The position numbers and the translations under genes were made by a program. DNA of 64,000 nucleotides. It comes from Selaginella moellendorffii (taxonomy: Eukaryota > Plantae > Lycopodiophyta). The notes beneath the pieces were generated by a model. The model made no database searches, was not told the origin of the DNA, and saw nothing but the letters and a program-made list of their open reading frames with translations. Where the stretch lies: assembly GCF_000143415.4 (NCBI RefSeq), contig NW_003314285.1:1391370-1455369 (forward strand), in the 5' to 3' direction. Below are positions 24,568 to 37,184 of the stretch, one piece after another (the first letter of the stretch is position 1; every line of letters starts with the position of its first letter).

Positions 24568-25250
24568 ATGGCTGCATTGTTGAGATCCTTCGTTGTTCTC
24601 CTGGTATACAGATTAGCTCATTACTCCACTCCATTGATGTTTCTTCGGTCCATTCCCAGTAATGAATTTTGTTGTTTTCTCGTAGCTTGTCGTCGTCGCG
24701 GTGGAAGCGCGCTCCTGGTCTCCGCTCTACGGCACCAACGCGGGTGTGGGATTCAACGACACGAGTTCTTCCTCGGCGATCAAAACGCTCACCGGAATCC
24801 GCGTACACTACGGCTGGGTGATCGACGGCATCCAGGGACAATACGCCACCGGCAGCTCTTCAACCTGGATGCCTAACCACGGCACAACCACGCAATTCAC
24901 AGAGGTCAGTGGCCCAAAAGAACCAAAATGAGCGTTTCTAATTTCAATCATTCCATTCCATGACGCAGATCCAACTCGCCTATCCGTCGGAGAGGTTCGT
25001 GCGCGCCACTGGCAAGTACGGGCCGTACAGCAGCGAGAAGAACCAGGGTGTCACGGTGACGGAGCTGTCGTTCGTCACGTACAACAACATCACCGGCACG
25101 AGCGTCACGTACGGCCCGTACGGCGGGCATGAGATGAGCAGCCAGACGAGCTTCCAGACGGCGGACGCGAGCGAGATCGTGGGCTTGTATGGATTCACCT
25201 CGGACTACATGCGCGGGATTGGTTTCGCGCTCGAGCCTGCCAAGAACTAG
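24568..25250 (+). CDS. Secreted single-domain jacalin-like lectin, unit 1
   Basis: Spliced signal peptide MAALLRSFVVLL|LVVVAVEA followed by beta-prism motifs GFND, IRVHYGWVIDGIQ, LSFVT, YGPYG and IVGLYG...GIGF. Confidence 0.85.
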
Positions 25251-25581
25251 AAACTTGGATATAGATGATTAATCATCATACCATGAATCTATCTATCTAC
25301 CAACCATTGCTAATTTACAGTTGAACTTGAGAATGTAGCCACTGTTTCAATAGTCTTGCGCCAATGACGCGTAGATGCGATAAATCCTCCTGAGCGAGGA
25401 GCACTTTGAGCTTGGAGCTCATAAAGTCAATGGAAGGCAAAAAAAAGTCCAAGAAAGTCTCTATTAGCTTTATTGACCTTGACAAATTGAGTTGAGTTGA
25501 GTGCAAGTCCGTTAATATTGTTACTACTGTTTATTACTTAATCTTTTAAGGTAACTTCCAGATATCAGTATGTATCAGATG

Positions 25582-26094
25582 TCAATATGGTTTCTGGCCT
25601 ATATAATTTCCTGGCGGATCATAGTTGCAACTAACAAGGTAAGAATTCATACCATTGCACTGGACATAAGCGCATCCAACTCGAACAGAGTTCTTCCACA
25701 CAACCTGCGTGTAGTGTCCACAGACCTTCCCTGCCGCGCAAGTGTTTGACGCATAGTTGTAGTCGACTTGCTCGCTCACCCAGGCAGCCACAGCGTCAGT
25801 GGCGGGAGGAGCAGGCAAGCCGGGACTTCCCCACCACTTCCACAGATTCTCGCCATATCTCCCACCCGAGTGGATCAGCGCGCAGTTGTTTTGATCCCGG
25901 AGAGTTGCCGCCCAGCTTGATGCAAACGCGGCCACTGTATCGTCCCAAACCAGCCCCGAGACATTCACAGCCGACCGAGCTGCGTTGTGTGCGTCGACAA
26001 GATCAATCTGCTGGCTTGCTTGAAGAACAACCAAAGCATCACAAAAGAAGATCGCCAGAGTTGCAAAGAGGAGAGGAGAGCAAGGAGATTTCAT
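25582..26094 (-). CDS. PR1: Pathogenesis-related protein 1 (CAP/SCP), unit 1
   Basis: Signal peptide, [19 protein letters not shown] and [15 protein letters not shown]. Confidence 0.97.
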   Translation of the reverse strand: MKSPCSPLLFATLAIFFCDALVVLQASQQIDLVDAHNAARSAVNVSGLVWDDTVAAFASSWAATLRDQNNCALIHSGGRYGENLWKWWGSPGLPAPPATDAVAAWVSEQVDYNYASNTCAAGKVCGHYTQVVWKNSVRVGCAYVQCNGMNSYLVSCNYDPPGNYIGQKPY

Positions 26095-26874
26095 GTTGCT
26101 GGGGCGATGTTCACAATCAAGAGCAAACTCCTACGTTTATATGCAAAGTCGTTGTTCTGATCGAGTTTTTCCACTTGTGGCGCCGACTTAGCGCTTGCGA
26201 TTGTATACGATTTTTTGCTGTGACGGTGACCCATGAATCGAGTACGTTTTAGTTTGGTGCTCCATGACTTTAGCCGCCTCTCTTTCTTCCACTGCTCGAG
26301 GAGCTTCTCTTCCGGACACCCTCTGGATACAAATTCATGGATCTTTCTTTGGCAGTTTCCTCAAGCAACTTGAATCATCCACATGAATCCATTACCAACA
26401 CTTCAGTGTTTGCGTGAACTAACTGTATCGCACACAAAGGATTCTATTTTGTATTCAAGGTGGTGGTGATGGTCTTTATCTTGGGATTAAAGACTGCAAA
26501 ATAAGCATACAAACCATGACAGACAGCAGTTGGTCCTTGTCAGCGATTTAAACAGCGAAGCAAACATTCCAGGCTCAGTAATCTAGTCTAATCCTCGAAA
26601 CCCAAGAAAAAAAACCCGTGCAATCGCAAATCTCTCACTTGCACATGTTCCAAGGTTTTTGACACACTATATTACACTGGTTGGTGTGCCAACATCGCCA
26701 ACTTTGAGAGATTTTAAGACACCCCAAAAGAGCAAATCATTCTATCGTCTCTTTTGAATTCATCTTCACTTGAGTGAATCTGAGAGAGAGGAAAGAGAAA
26801 AGTTACAGAATTGAAAGAAAATCTTATATAACACACCGGTGGGTAATCCTGTCTTCTACTCCTAAAAAATCTCG

Positions 26875-27545
26875 TTGGTCATGTCCAGGGGTTCGATTCC
26901 CGGCGCCGACGCCCTCGGGAGGAGGTCGCGGGGTCGATTCCAGTGGGCGCGCCGGGAGAGTGAAGCTCTTCTTGATCACCCCGAGGAGACCGATCGGCTG
27001 CGCCACAGGCGATCGCGATCGGCGTGCGCGCCGCGGTGGTGGAAATCGTCGTTCCGGGCCCGGGAGGGAAGAAATTCGTCTCCACGGCGCCGTTGTGGCT
27101 GGATTTCTTCTTCCTCTTGCGCAGCCCAAAGAAGGAGGAGATCCAGGAGAGCTTGCCGCCGCCGCCGCTGTGGTGATGGGGATTCCTGGCGCCGCGATGA
27201 TCCCTGTCGACGTGATGAGCCACGGGCGTGGCGGATGCCGATACCAGGGGACTGTGATAGGACCCGGCGGCATTTGCCTTGCAGTTCCGCGTGGAGAAGA
27301 ATCCATCCGCTGGAAACCCTCCTTCCCCCCCATTTCTTGAATCGGGAGCGGCAAATCGAGCAAATGTTGGTGCTGGAGCTCCGCCGCGGCGGGTGCTGCT
27401 GCTGCCACTGCGAGAGAGGAATTCGGGAGCAGCGTGTGGCTGCTGGAAGAATCGCCCGAGAGAGAGAGCCGGAGGAGGCGATCCCGGAGGCACAAGTGAC
27501 CGGCTGCCTCTTGCTGGGATGAACCAAGCACACGCCTGGATCCAT
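26875..27545 (-). pseudogene. DUF740/OCTOPUS-like pseudogene, unit 1
   Basis: Aligns to 43473-44777 with many deletions and frameshifts. The 3' third is missing. Confidence 0.88.
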
Positions 27546-27779
27546 CGCCAAATCGATCTAGTAGCAGCTCGCGTTGGGAGGATACCACCGAAAAAATCCC
27601 GTCGACATGGCCCGCCCGCGTTGTCGGTGAGCGAATTGGGTGTGATCGATCTTGTTGCCAATCTTTGTCTCGGATCCAAATGGACAGCCATGGAGCGCAC
27701 TTTTGGATGGCGCCACCACGAAGCTCGAGCCAAGCAGCGGACGTGAAGGAGAAGTGGATGTATATCTGCATCCTGGCTA

Positions 27780-28203
27780 ACCAAAGCCCAAGAACGTCAA
27801 GTTTCCGTTTCAAGTTGGAATTTTTGGTGACCATCCGACGGTTGCAGAGGTACTCTTGCTTTTCCCTTAACTTCGCTAATTTTCCGTCTACAGGATTTCA
27901 AGATCCCTGTCTGCAAGGGGGACATCATTGCTTTGGGAACTGATGGCCTTTTTGACAATCTCTTCAATGACGACATAACCGAAGTTCTTAAAAATTCTCT
28001 TGGGTCCGACCAAGTCAACTTGAAGGTGAACTCTCGCTGTTGACGAATCTCAAGATCGCCAGGCAGCTGCAGCAGATCGTGTAGCTGGGGCGCAGGCCGA
28101 GCGTTTGGACAGCCCGTTTGCCAGGGCGGCTGCAAAGGCGAGAATGAATTGGAGCGGTGGAAAGCTAGATGATACCATGGCAGTTGTGGCGTTTGTGACG
28201 TGA
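27780..28203 (+). pseudogene. 3' fragment of a PTC7-type PP2C phosphatase
   Basis: FQVG, GDIIALGTDGLFDNLF, DSPFARAA and GGKLDDTMAVVAFV*. No 5' half. Confidence 0.85.
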
Positions 28204-28239
28204 TATTAAGGGTAAACTTTTCAACCAGTTTTTGCGGAG

Positions 28240-28432
28240 GCCAGTGGAGCAGGGCAAGAAGGCATAATTTGGCTCACACCACTCCTCCTTGGCAGCTTTC
28301 CTGAGCCTCAACATGGACGGAAATCCCACTTTGTTGACTGATGATCTGCTATTGATGAGCTGAGCAGCTGATGCTGCCAACGAAGCATGCAAGCAGCATA
28401 AAGATCGGCAAGATGTAGCCTCTCATTCTCAT
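28240..28432 (-). pseudogene. 5' fragment of an NCL-type Na+/Ca2+ exchanger (frameshifted)
   Basis: Signal peptide plus LRL...EEWCEPNYAFLPCST resembles the NCL N-terminal CEQTYGFxPCT motif. 2-bp deletion relative to the unit-2 copy. Confidence 0.65.
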
Positions 28433-28468
28433 GATCAAAGGATCACCCCCTGGTTGATGGAAAAGGTA

Positions 28469-29480
28469 GAGTGTTAAGTCCAAAACATGGCATATGCATC
28501 AATTGTGTAAGATAAAGGGGAATTCATTTTTTATATGTTCTTTATTGATACACAATTAGAAGTATTATTAATAATGACTTTGAATAACATTTTCAACATT
28601 AATATCCAAAATGATGGGTATAAATTACTCCTAAAGCCAAAGACCAATCTTCCTTTCTCTTTTGGTGTTAACACTTTGCCAAAATACTTAATTATAGATA
28701 AAAGTAACCATGAAATTTATGAATGTATCAAATCATCATTATTGTATATTCAAATTGAGCGTATTTATCACAAAAAGGAGTTAGTTTCTTTTTTATTAAA
28801 GTATAGTAATGAGTAAATTGAGTAATACAAAACTCCTTGTAATCAAGAATCCTCAATGCAACACTATGTGTGGCATTACAAGTGGCTACAATTATTGCAC
28901 AAAAAATAAGTTTTTCACAACACTAAATGCTATGGCATTGAAGAAAATGAACTTTGATATCACATCATCTAAGTTTATGTTTCTTGCATCATCAAGTATT
29001 TTCCCAATGTTGCCATTTCACATTCACTTTCAGCCAATAAATGATCCCTCATAGCTTATGAAGTATTCATAGGCTGAGATTAATTAACACTTTCGATACA
29101 AGCTCCAGAAGCAAATGCCCCATCAAAATGTTAACTCTCCATAAATTTGTTATAAAAAGTAAAGACAAAAGTGCATTTGTGATTTGCTCCACAAATATTC
29201 AATAAGTTTGATTTTGAATATAAAGAGGAATGTTTGAAACACTATATGTTTCAATATCATGCCCAAGAATTTTAGCAAAATGTGTTAACTGCCATACATT
29301 TTTCCATAATAATTACATTTCTAATGCCTAAATCTTTTGCCAGAAGCATAAGGAATGAGTTTGGCAACATAGAACTATGCCCAATCAAGCACCATTGTTC
29401 AACTGTGTCAGAATCGCTCTCTAAAATCACTGGAATCATACTTTTCTATTTTAGGGCAAAATTACAGTTCATGTGAAGCC
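28469..29480 (-). mobile_element. Highly degraded hAT (DUF659-type) transposase remnant
   Basis: AT-rich. Minus frames read DDVISKFIFFNAIAFSVV, INVENVIQ and EFPFILHN*CICHVLDL, resembling hAT IARFFY..GIPFN, ENVVQ and CAAHCLDL. Absent from the second linker. Confidence 0.7.
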
Positions 29481-29679
29481 TTAGCAAGCTGCTCCACGCT
29501 CAATCTAAAGTGGGGCCGACCGACTGGAGAGTGTTATAGCCCTCTTGGTCGGATTCGATGTAAACTTGCTGGGCTGGGCATTTGTGGATGGATGGATCGC
29601 TCCATAGCAGCAGGAGAACCAGCAAAGTGGTGGAGACGGATCGGGATTCTAGCTGAACGCGGTCGGGACCAACAATGCT

Positions 29680-29960
29680 AGATCTGCACCGACTCACCTC
29701 AGATTCTAGAAATCTAGCAGCGTAGCGGCAATGCAACCTGCGCCATCAATCGATCTCCTCCACGGGCAAATATCTGATAAGTAGTGGAATATTCTGGTTC
29801 CCGTGAATCGTCTCGAGTGTGCCTCTTAATCGTGTCACTTGGAAACGAGCCCAGCTCAGAAGACACACAAATTTTTCTAGTTACGTGTTCGTCATCTGAA
29901 AAGAGGATTACAAGGACGACGAAAGCCAATATAATATACACTACACCCCTTTTCGTCCAA
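29680..29960 (-). pseudogene. Unidentified gene fragment with N-terminal TM segment (linker 1)
   Basis: GVVYIILAFVVLVILFS...PEYSTTYQIFARGGDR. Second copy at 37854-38135. Confidence 0.45.
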
Positions 29961-30175
29961 CTATGTACCTCACATACACACATGCTTTGTAAGTACATTT
30001 TTTAGAAGCTTTTCATCGACATCGAAGGGGCCTCCTCATATACATTGTCCTCAAAATATGTAAAGGGAAGAAAAAAAACGAAGAAGAACGCTAATAGTAA
30101 GAGACCTGGTGTAAGCAAAAAGATGGATGCCCCCCTCCCTCCCCCTAAGTAGTGTTGTTGTTACATCGTCAATGT

Positions 30176-31140
30176 AGCGACTGTTTGACGACATGCCGCA
30201 GAGGGATTCGGTATCGCAGGCCGCCATGGTTGCAGCTTATGCCCAATGCGGGCATCTTGATCTTGCGACGCGATTGTTACAGGAGATGCCTCGGCACAAC
30301 CTTCTGTGTTTGAATGCAATCCTCTTGGCGACCGCTACCGAGGTCCGGATAAGCAGAGCAAGCCAGATCTTTGAGGAAATGCCCGAGCAAGACATCGTTT
30401 CTTGGAGCACCATGCTTTTGGCATATGCCCAGAACGGTCTCTTGGACGAAGCCAAGCAAACTTTTGGACTGATGCCTTAGCNNNNNNNNNNNNNNNNNNN
30501 NNNNNNNNNNNNNNNNNNNNNNNNNNNNNNNNNNNNNNNNNNNNNNNNNNNNNNNNNNNNNNNNNNNNNNNNNNNNNNNNNGCAGCTGCGAGAGTCCAAG
30601 GTTTTGTTCGACGACATGCTGGAACGCGACGTGGTTCCGTGGACTGCGAGGTCACGTCAGGCATTCCGAAAGGCTGTTTGAGTCGCTTCCCGAACGGGAC
30701 ACCATCTGCTGGAGCGCTATGCTTGCCGCTCTTGTTCAAAACGGGCTCTACTTGGAAGCTTTTGTTGTTTTTGACGAGATGAAGATGGCGGGATCAATTG
30801 ACAAGGTGTGTTTTGTATCGATCCTCATTGCGGAGGGAAGGTTTCCACTGCAAAATCGCTCTTCGTGTCGATGAGTCTTGATTTTGGGTTTCAACCGAGC
30901 AAGCAGCACTATTGCTGCATGATCGATGTCTTTGGGCGAGCCGGGCATTTAGAAAATGCGCAAGATCTTGTGGCTAACATGCCATATGTACCAGATTCGA
31001 TTCAGTGGAGGTGCTTGTTTGGAGCAAGCCGAAGTAAAAATGATGCTCAACATGGAGCTTCGGTTGCTAGGGAAATAATCGGACTAGAAAAAGAACATTC
31101 TGCTTCATATGAGCTTTTTGCCAACTTGATAAGGTTGTAA
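30176..31140 (+). pseudogene. 5'-truncated PPR pseudogene, unit 2
   Basis: Starts mid-gene (equivalent of 21962). Premature TAG at 30478-30480 and deletions. Confidence 0.9.
30482..30581. other. Assembly gap (100 N)
   Basis: Run of N. Confidence 1.
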
Positions 31141-31284
31141 ATTTGCCCTTTAGTTTAAATAAATTGTAAATCTATAACTTTTACATTTTATTGGTAATCT
31201 CGCCATACATTTTGTAAGTACCCCAAGAATAGGTGAATATAACAATGTTCTGTGTTTTCTGAAACAGGTTATTTGGAAAATATT

Positions 31285-32567
31285 ATGGCTGGTGTGAGAG
31301 CAATGGTGGATTTGGGTATAGATCATGTACCAAATGAATATTTGACATCCATATGCAAAGGCATAACTATCAAAGCTCCAAACAACCTCCCAATTATTGA
31401 CTTAAGTGGCATAGATAGTGATGATTTGAAAAGAAAATCAGCAGCTGAAGAAATTCATCTAGCTTGCCAAAAATGGGGTTTTTTCCAAGTAAATAAATCT
31501 CTTCTGAAATACTTTGCAATTGTTTTAGTCAGGTCATTGGCCAAGACATTATCAAAATGGTTCATTACTTTTTTAACTTGCTTGCCAAGGAAATGATGGT
31601 TTACTATTCAATAGATATCTATAAGAGCTTCAAATTCTCCACAGGATCCACATCTTACCGATATCTCAAACCTAAAATACTAATCCAAAGTAAACCACAA
31701 AGAACATGTGGTAATGCGAAAAGCCAAAAACCATAAAAGAACAATTAACTATCATAAAAGATTATCAATTTTCATAGCAAATGCAAGTAAAAAGTTTTGA
31801 ACCGACTATTTGTTCCAGCACTGTAGGCCAGCAGTTCACGAGGATGATGTACCAGAATGTATTCCAAATTACAAGTACAAACTTTCCTTTAACAGATCTC
31901 TTTTTTTTTTCTCTGTTTTAACACTATATATTAATTATAACAAAGGAAAATTACAAGCAATTACGCCAAGGCTGTGGACAAACTTGCCAGAAAACTATTG
32001 CGAATTATTGCTCAAAACCTTGGTCTAGATTGGCAGATCCTGGAGAGACACTTGGATCCTCCCAAGCAAACCATGAAGATGACATATTATCCACAGTGTC
32101 CATGCCCTGATCAAGCAATTGGTATAGGTTGTCATGCTGATCCAGGAACCATAACGGTATTACAACAAGAACTTGGAGTTGAGGGCCTTGAGGTTAACTA
32201 CAATGGCCAATGGATTCCTGTGAAGCCAGTTGAAGGCGCATTAGTCATTAATGTAGCAGACATGCTCCAGGTGAAATAATTTGATGACATTTTCTATGAG
32301 CTCTTAGTTTCCCTCTTACAGATACTAAGCAACAATAAATATAAGAGTACGGAGCATTGAGTTCTAGTGAACACTAAGAAGCCACGAGTTTCAATTGCTT
32401 CATTTTATGGTCCTACAGATGATAAACATATTGCCCCACTGGAGGAGTTGCTAGGTGACAATCCTCCCATGTTCAAAGCATGCTTGTTCAGAGAGTACAT
32501 GGACAGCTTCTACAAGAACCACCTTGGGACGCGAAACATTGAGACACTCAGAATCCTAAACAACTGA
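31285..32567 (+). pseudogene. 2OG-Fe(II) dioxygenase pseudogene, unit 2
   Basis: About 124-bp insertion at 31651-31774, TGG>TGA at about 31798, HRV>H* (TGA 32358-32360) and a 24-bp deletion in exon 2. Confidence 0.9.
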
Positions 32568-32858
32568 TTATAGGAAACATATTGTCATGATAATACATTA
32601 ATCCGATCCTAATATCATTAATACTACTAAGGCTGACATGACTGTGGCATTCCATCTGAAAGCTGTTTTACAACAGAGTTCGTGCAGTTCATATACCATA
32701 TTCCTTCACGGGACTCTTGTTTGCATGTTTCTGTCCAAGAAGGCTGTATGATCATAGACAAAGCAAAGGCTGCACAACATTTCCCGTCTACACAAGGAGT
32801 TTCTTCTTCTCTTGGTAGCAGTCGATTATAGCAAGGGAGAGAGTTTCAGAGCTGTGCA

Positions 32859-33541
32859 ATGGGTGCATTGTTGAGATCCTTCGTTGTTCTCCTGGTATAC
32901 AGATTAGCTCATTACTCCACTCCATTGATGTTTCTTCGATCCATTCCCAGTGATGAATTTTGTTGTTTTCTCGTAGCTTGTCGTCGTCGCGGTGGAAGCG
33001 CGCTCCTGGTCTCCGCTCTACGGCACCAACGCGGGTGTGAGATTCAACGACACGAGTTCTTCCTCGGCGATCAAAACTCTCACCGGAATCCGCGTACGCT
33101 ACGGCTGGGTGATCGACGGCATCCAGGGACAATACACCACCGGCAGCTCTTCAACCTGGATGCCTAACCACGGCACAACCACGCAATTCACAGAGGTCAG
33201 TGGCCCAAAAGAACCAAAATGACCGTTTCTAATTTCAATCATTCCATTCCATGACGCAGATCCAACTCGCCTATCCGTCGGAGAGGTTCGTGCGCGCCAC
33301 TGGCAAGTACGGGCCGTACAGCAGCGAGAAGAACCAGGGTGTCACGGTGACGGAGCTGTCGTTCGTCACGTACAACAACATCACCGGCAAGAGCGTCACG
33401 TACGGCCCCTACGGCGGGCATGCGATGAGCGGCCAGAAGAGCTTCCAGACGCCGGACGCGAGCGAGATCGTGGGCTTGTATGGATTCACCTCGGACTACA
33501 TGCGCGGGATTGGTTTCGCACTCGAGCCTACCAAGAACTAG
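32859..33541 (+). CDS. Secreted jacalin-like lectin, unit 2 (intact)
   Basis: Same three-exon structure with no disruptions seen. Confidence 0.85.
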
Positions 33542-33912
33542 AAACTTGGCATCATGCCATGAATCTATCTATCTACCTACTGTTGTTGATCTACAGTTGA
33601 ATTTGAGAATGTAACCTCTGTTTCATCAGTCTTGCGCCGATGACGCTCGTAGATGTAATAAATCCTCCAAATACACTTTTGATAAAAAAAAGTCAGTGGA
33701 AGTCAAATAATGGTTACACTCTGGGAATTCGCTCGCCAGAGTTCCCACCGATACACCACTTCGAGTCCAAAAGCCCATTCGTTCAATCCAGAGAGGATTA
33801 TGACTGGATCAATATACCCCCCCCCTCCCGGATTGGTGGACTTACCATGTTATTGACCTTGACAAATTGTGTTATGAATTGAATATTTACTAATTCTTTC
33901 ACATAAACCATG

Positions 33913-34425
33913 TCAATATGGTTTCTGGCCTATATAATTTCCTGGTGGATCATAGTTGCAACTAACAAGGTAAGCATTCATACCATTGCACTGGACATAA
34001 GCGCATCCAACTCGAACAGAGTTCTTCCACACAACCTGCGTGTAGTGTCCACAGACCTTCCCCGCCGCGCAAGTGTTTGACGCATAGTTGTAGTCGGCTC
34101 GCTCGTTCACCCAGGCAGCCACAGCGTCAGTGGCGGGAGGAGCAGGCAAGCCGGGACTTCCCCACCACTTCCACAGATTCTCGCCATATCTCCCACCCGA
34201 GTGGATCAGCGCGCAGTTGTTTTGATCCCGGAGAGTTGCCGCCCAGCTTGATGCAAACGCGGCCACTGTATCGTTCCAAACCAGCCCCGAGACATTCACA
34301 GCCGATCGAGCTGCGTTGTGTGCGTCGACAAGGTCACTCTGCTGGCTTGCTCGAAGAACAACCAAAGCATCACAAAAGAAGATCGCCAGAGTTGCAACGA
34401 GGAGAGGAGAGAAGGGAGATTTCAT
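33913..34425 (-). CDS. PR1: PR-1, unit 2 (intact)
   Basis: 170-aa ORF with all CAP motifs. Confidence 0.97.
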   Translation of the reverse strand: MKSPFSPLLVATLAIFFCDALVVLRASQQSDLVDAHNAARSAVNVSGLVWNDTVAAFASSWAATLRDQNNCALIHSGGRYGENLWKWWGSPGLPAPPATDAVAAWVNERADYNYASNTCAAGKVCGHYTQVVWKNSVRVGCAYVQCNGMNAYLVSCNYDPPGNYIGQKPY

Positions 34426-35402
34426 GTTGCTGGGGTGATGTTCACAATCAAGAGCAAACTCTTACGTTTATATGCAAAGTCGTTGTTCTGATCGAGTTTT
34501 TCCACTTGTGGCGCCGACTTAGCGCCTGCGATTGTATACGATTTTTTGCTGCGACGGTGACCCATGAATCGAGTACGTTTTAGTTTGGTGCTCCATGACT
34601 TTAGCCGCCTCTTTTTCTTCCACTGCTCGAGGAGCTTCTCTTCTGGACACCCTCTGGATACAAATTCATGGATCTTTCTTTGGTAGTTTCCTCAAGCAAC
34701 TTGAATCCTCCACATGAATCCATTACCAGCACTTCAGTGTTTGCGTGAACTAACTGTCTCCCAAAAAATCTCACAAAGGATTCTATTTTGTATTCAAGGT
34801 GGTGGTGATGGTCTTTATCTTGGGATTAAAGACTGCAAAAATAAGCGACAGCAGTTGGTCCTTGTCAGCGATTTAAACAGTGAAGCAAACATTCCAGGCT
34901 CAGTAATCTAGTGTAATCCTCGAAACCAAAGAAAAAAAATCCGTGCAATCGCGAATCTCTCACTTGCACATGTTCCATCCACCCCAAAGGTTTATGACAC
35001 ATTATATACACTGGTTGGTGTGCCAACATCGCCAACTTTGAGAGATTTTAAGACACCCCAAAAGAGCAAATCACTCCATCGTCTCTTTTGAATGAGTGAA
35101 TCCCAGAGAGAGGAAAGAGAGAAGTTACAGAATGTGAGAAAATCTTATATCACACACCGGTGGGTAGTCCTGGCTTGTACTCCACAAAAATCTCCTTAAT
35201 GGGGCTCAATCTGTACAGCTTTGTTTTTGTTCTTCCATCATTAATCTCAAACTTTTCTCAAATCTCTTCCAGTGTGAAGCTTCACAAAACGAAAAAAAGA
35301 AGAATTACATTAGAGCCATCAATCCTAAATGCGAAGTAAGCCTCGACACGATTGATCCAAGTCACTGTTTGATCCGATCTCGCGTATTTTTTGCGTTTAA
35401 TC

Positions 35403-36391
35403 TCAGCGTCCCTCCTCAGCGGAGTTAGAATCCCCAGTCACTGTTACCGTTACCGCTAACATGGGCCGTCGGATTTGCCAGCACGGACGACGGCGATTCG
35501 TTCCGTGTCACGGGCTGGCACACGTGGCGGCCGCGCACTTGCGGTCGATGTCCATCAAGGACGCCACGCTGGACCTCGACCCCCGCTGCCCTCCACGTCA
35601 TACGCCGCGTTGGTAATCACCTCCCTCATGTCCAGCGCGATGAGCGAGGCCACCCGGGGTTCGATTCCCGGCGCCGACGCCCTCGGGGGCTCCAAGGAGG
35701 AGGTCGCGGGGTCGATTCCAGTGGGCGTGCCGGGATGGTCGAGTGGAGGATCCCCTAGAGGAGTGAAGCTCGTCTTGATCACGCGCCCGGAGGAGACCGA
35801 TCGGCTGCGCCACAGGCGATCGCAATCGGCGTGCGCGCCGCGGTGGTGGAAATCGTCGTTCCAGGCCTCGGGAGGGAAGAAATTCGTCTCCACGGCGCCG
35901 TTGTGGCTGGATTTCTTCTTCCTCTTGCGCAGCCCAAAGAGGGAGGAGATCCAGGAGAGCTTGCCGCCGCCGCCGCTGTGGTGATGGGGATTCCTGGCGC
36001 CGCGATGATCCCTGTCAACGTGATGAGCCACGGGCGTGGCGGATGCCGATACCAGGGGACTCTGATAGGACCCGGCGGCATTTGCCTGGCAGTTCCGCGC
36101 GGAGGAGAATCCATCCCCGAATCGGGAGCGGCGAATCGCGCGAACGCTGGATCCTTGGTGCTGGAGCTCCGCCGCGGCGGGTGCTGCTGCTGCCACTGCG
36201 AGAGAGATTTGGACCTGGGAAGACACGATGGAACGGTCTTGGAGCACGAGGAGGAATCGAAGGAGCTCCTGGAGGAGGAGGAATTCGGGAGGAGCGTGTT
36301 GGAAGAATCGCCCGAGAGAGAGAGCCGGACGAGGACAAACCCCCACCGGCTGCCTCTTGCTGGGATGAACCAAGCACACGCCTGGATCCAT
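35403..36391 (-). pseudogene. DUF740/OCTOPUS-like pseudogene, unit 2
   Basis: Full span present but riddled with internal deletions relative to 43473-44777. CHLCLRDRL is lost. Confidence 0.88.
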
Positions 36392-37184
36392 CGCCAAATC
36401 GATCTAGTAGCAGCTCGCGTTGGGAGGATACCACCGCAAAAATCCCGTCGGTGAGTGAATTGGTGATCGATCTTGTTGCCAATCTTTGTCTCGAGTCTCC
36501 AGGATCCAAATGGACAGCCATGGAGCGCACTTTTGGATGGCGCCACCACGAAGCTCGAGCCAAGCAGCGGATGTGCGACAAGGAATGGTTCGTCCAAATG
36601 GTGGCCACTTGTGACACCACCACGCAGCTGTGGGCGAATGCGCAAAATCTCCGGGTAAGAATAGGATTTCTCGATCGAATTCTTGGTTTTTTCGTTTTAG
36701 CTTCTCTCAATTTTCCAGGATCGCAAGCTTTGGAGCATGGGGTGGCTCCAGCGATCCGAGTTCTCCGACCTTTTCGGGGCCCAAATGCCGGGCGTGCAAG
36801 GGGCAGGGGAAGATCTGTGATGGATCGTCCATGAGCAACAGCAAGGAGCTCCAGATCATGGATGTGTGACTGATAGTGTGTTGATAGTGTGCCCAAAATC
36901 TAGCCTGGCGCCAGCACCATGGTTCTTACGATTGAACCATAGCTGTGCAATAAAAGGTATCTCCACCTAATAGAGAGCTCTTGGCTTGGTCAATTAAAGC
37001 TTGGATCTCTGCTTTAGTAGGAGACTTGGCTAGCCAGAGAAGCATGTTGTCCAAAGACGTTTTGTTTTAGCGTCCTAAAAACATCCATTTCTACTCTGGA
37101 TCCATCGGCTCGTTGTAAATCCCTACATGTCGCTTGAAGGAGAAGTCACCGTTCCTGGATATAATATTAATCTCAAATAAGTTT

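Noticed and set aside
25746-26252. 168-aa plus-strand ORF conserved in all three units
   Set aside because: Antisense shadow of PR-1 with a non-ATG start. Conservation is explained by recent duplication.
26774-27834. Several long overlapping ORFs
   Set aside because: GC-rich frameshifted DUF740 pseudogene read-throughs.
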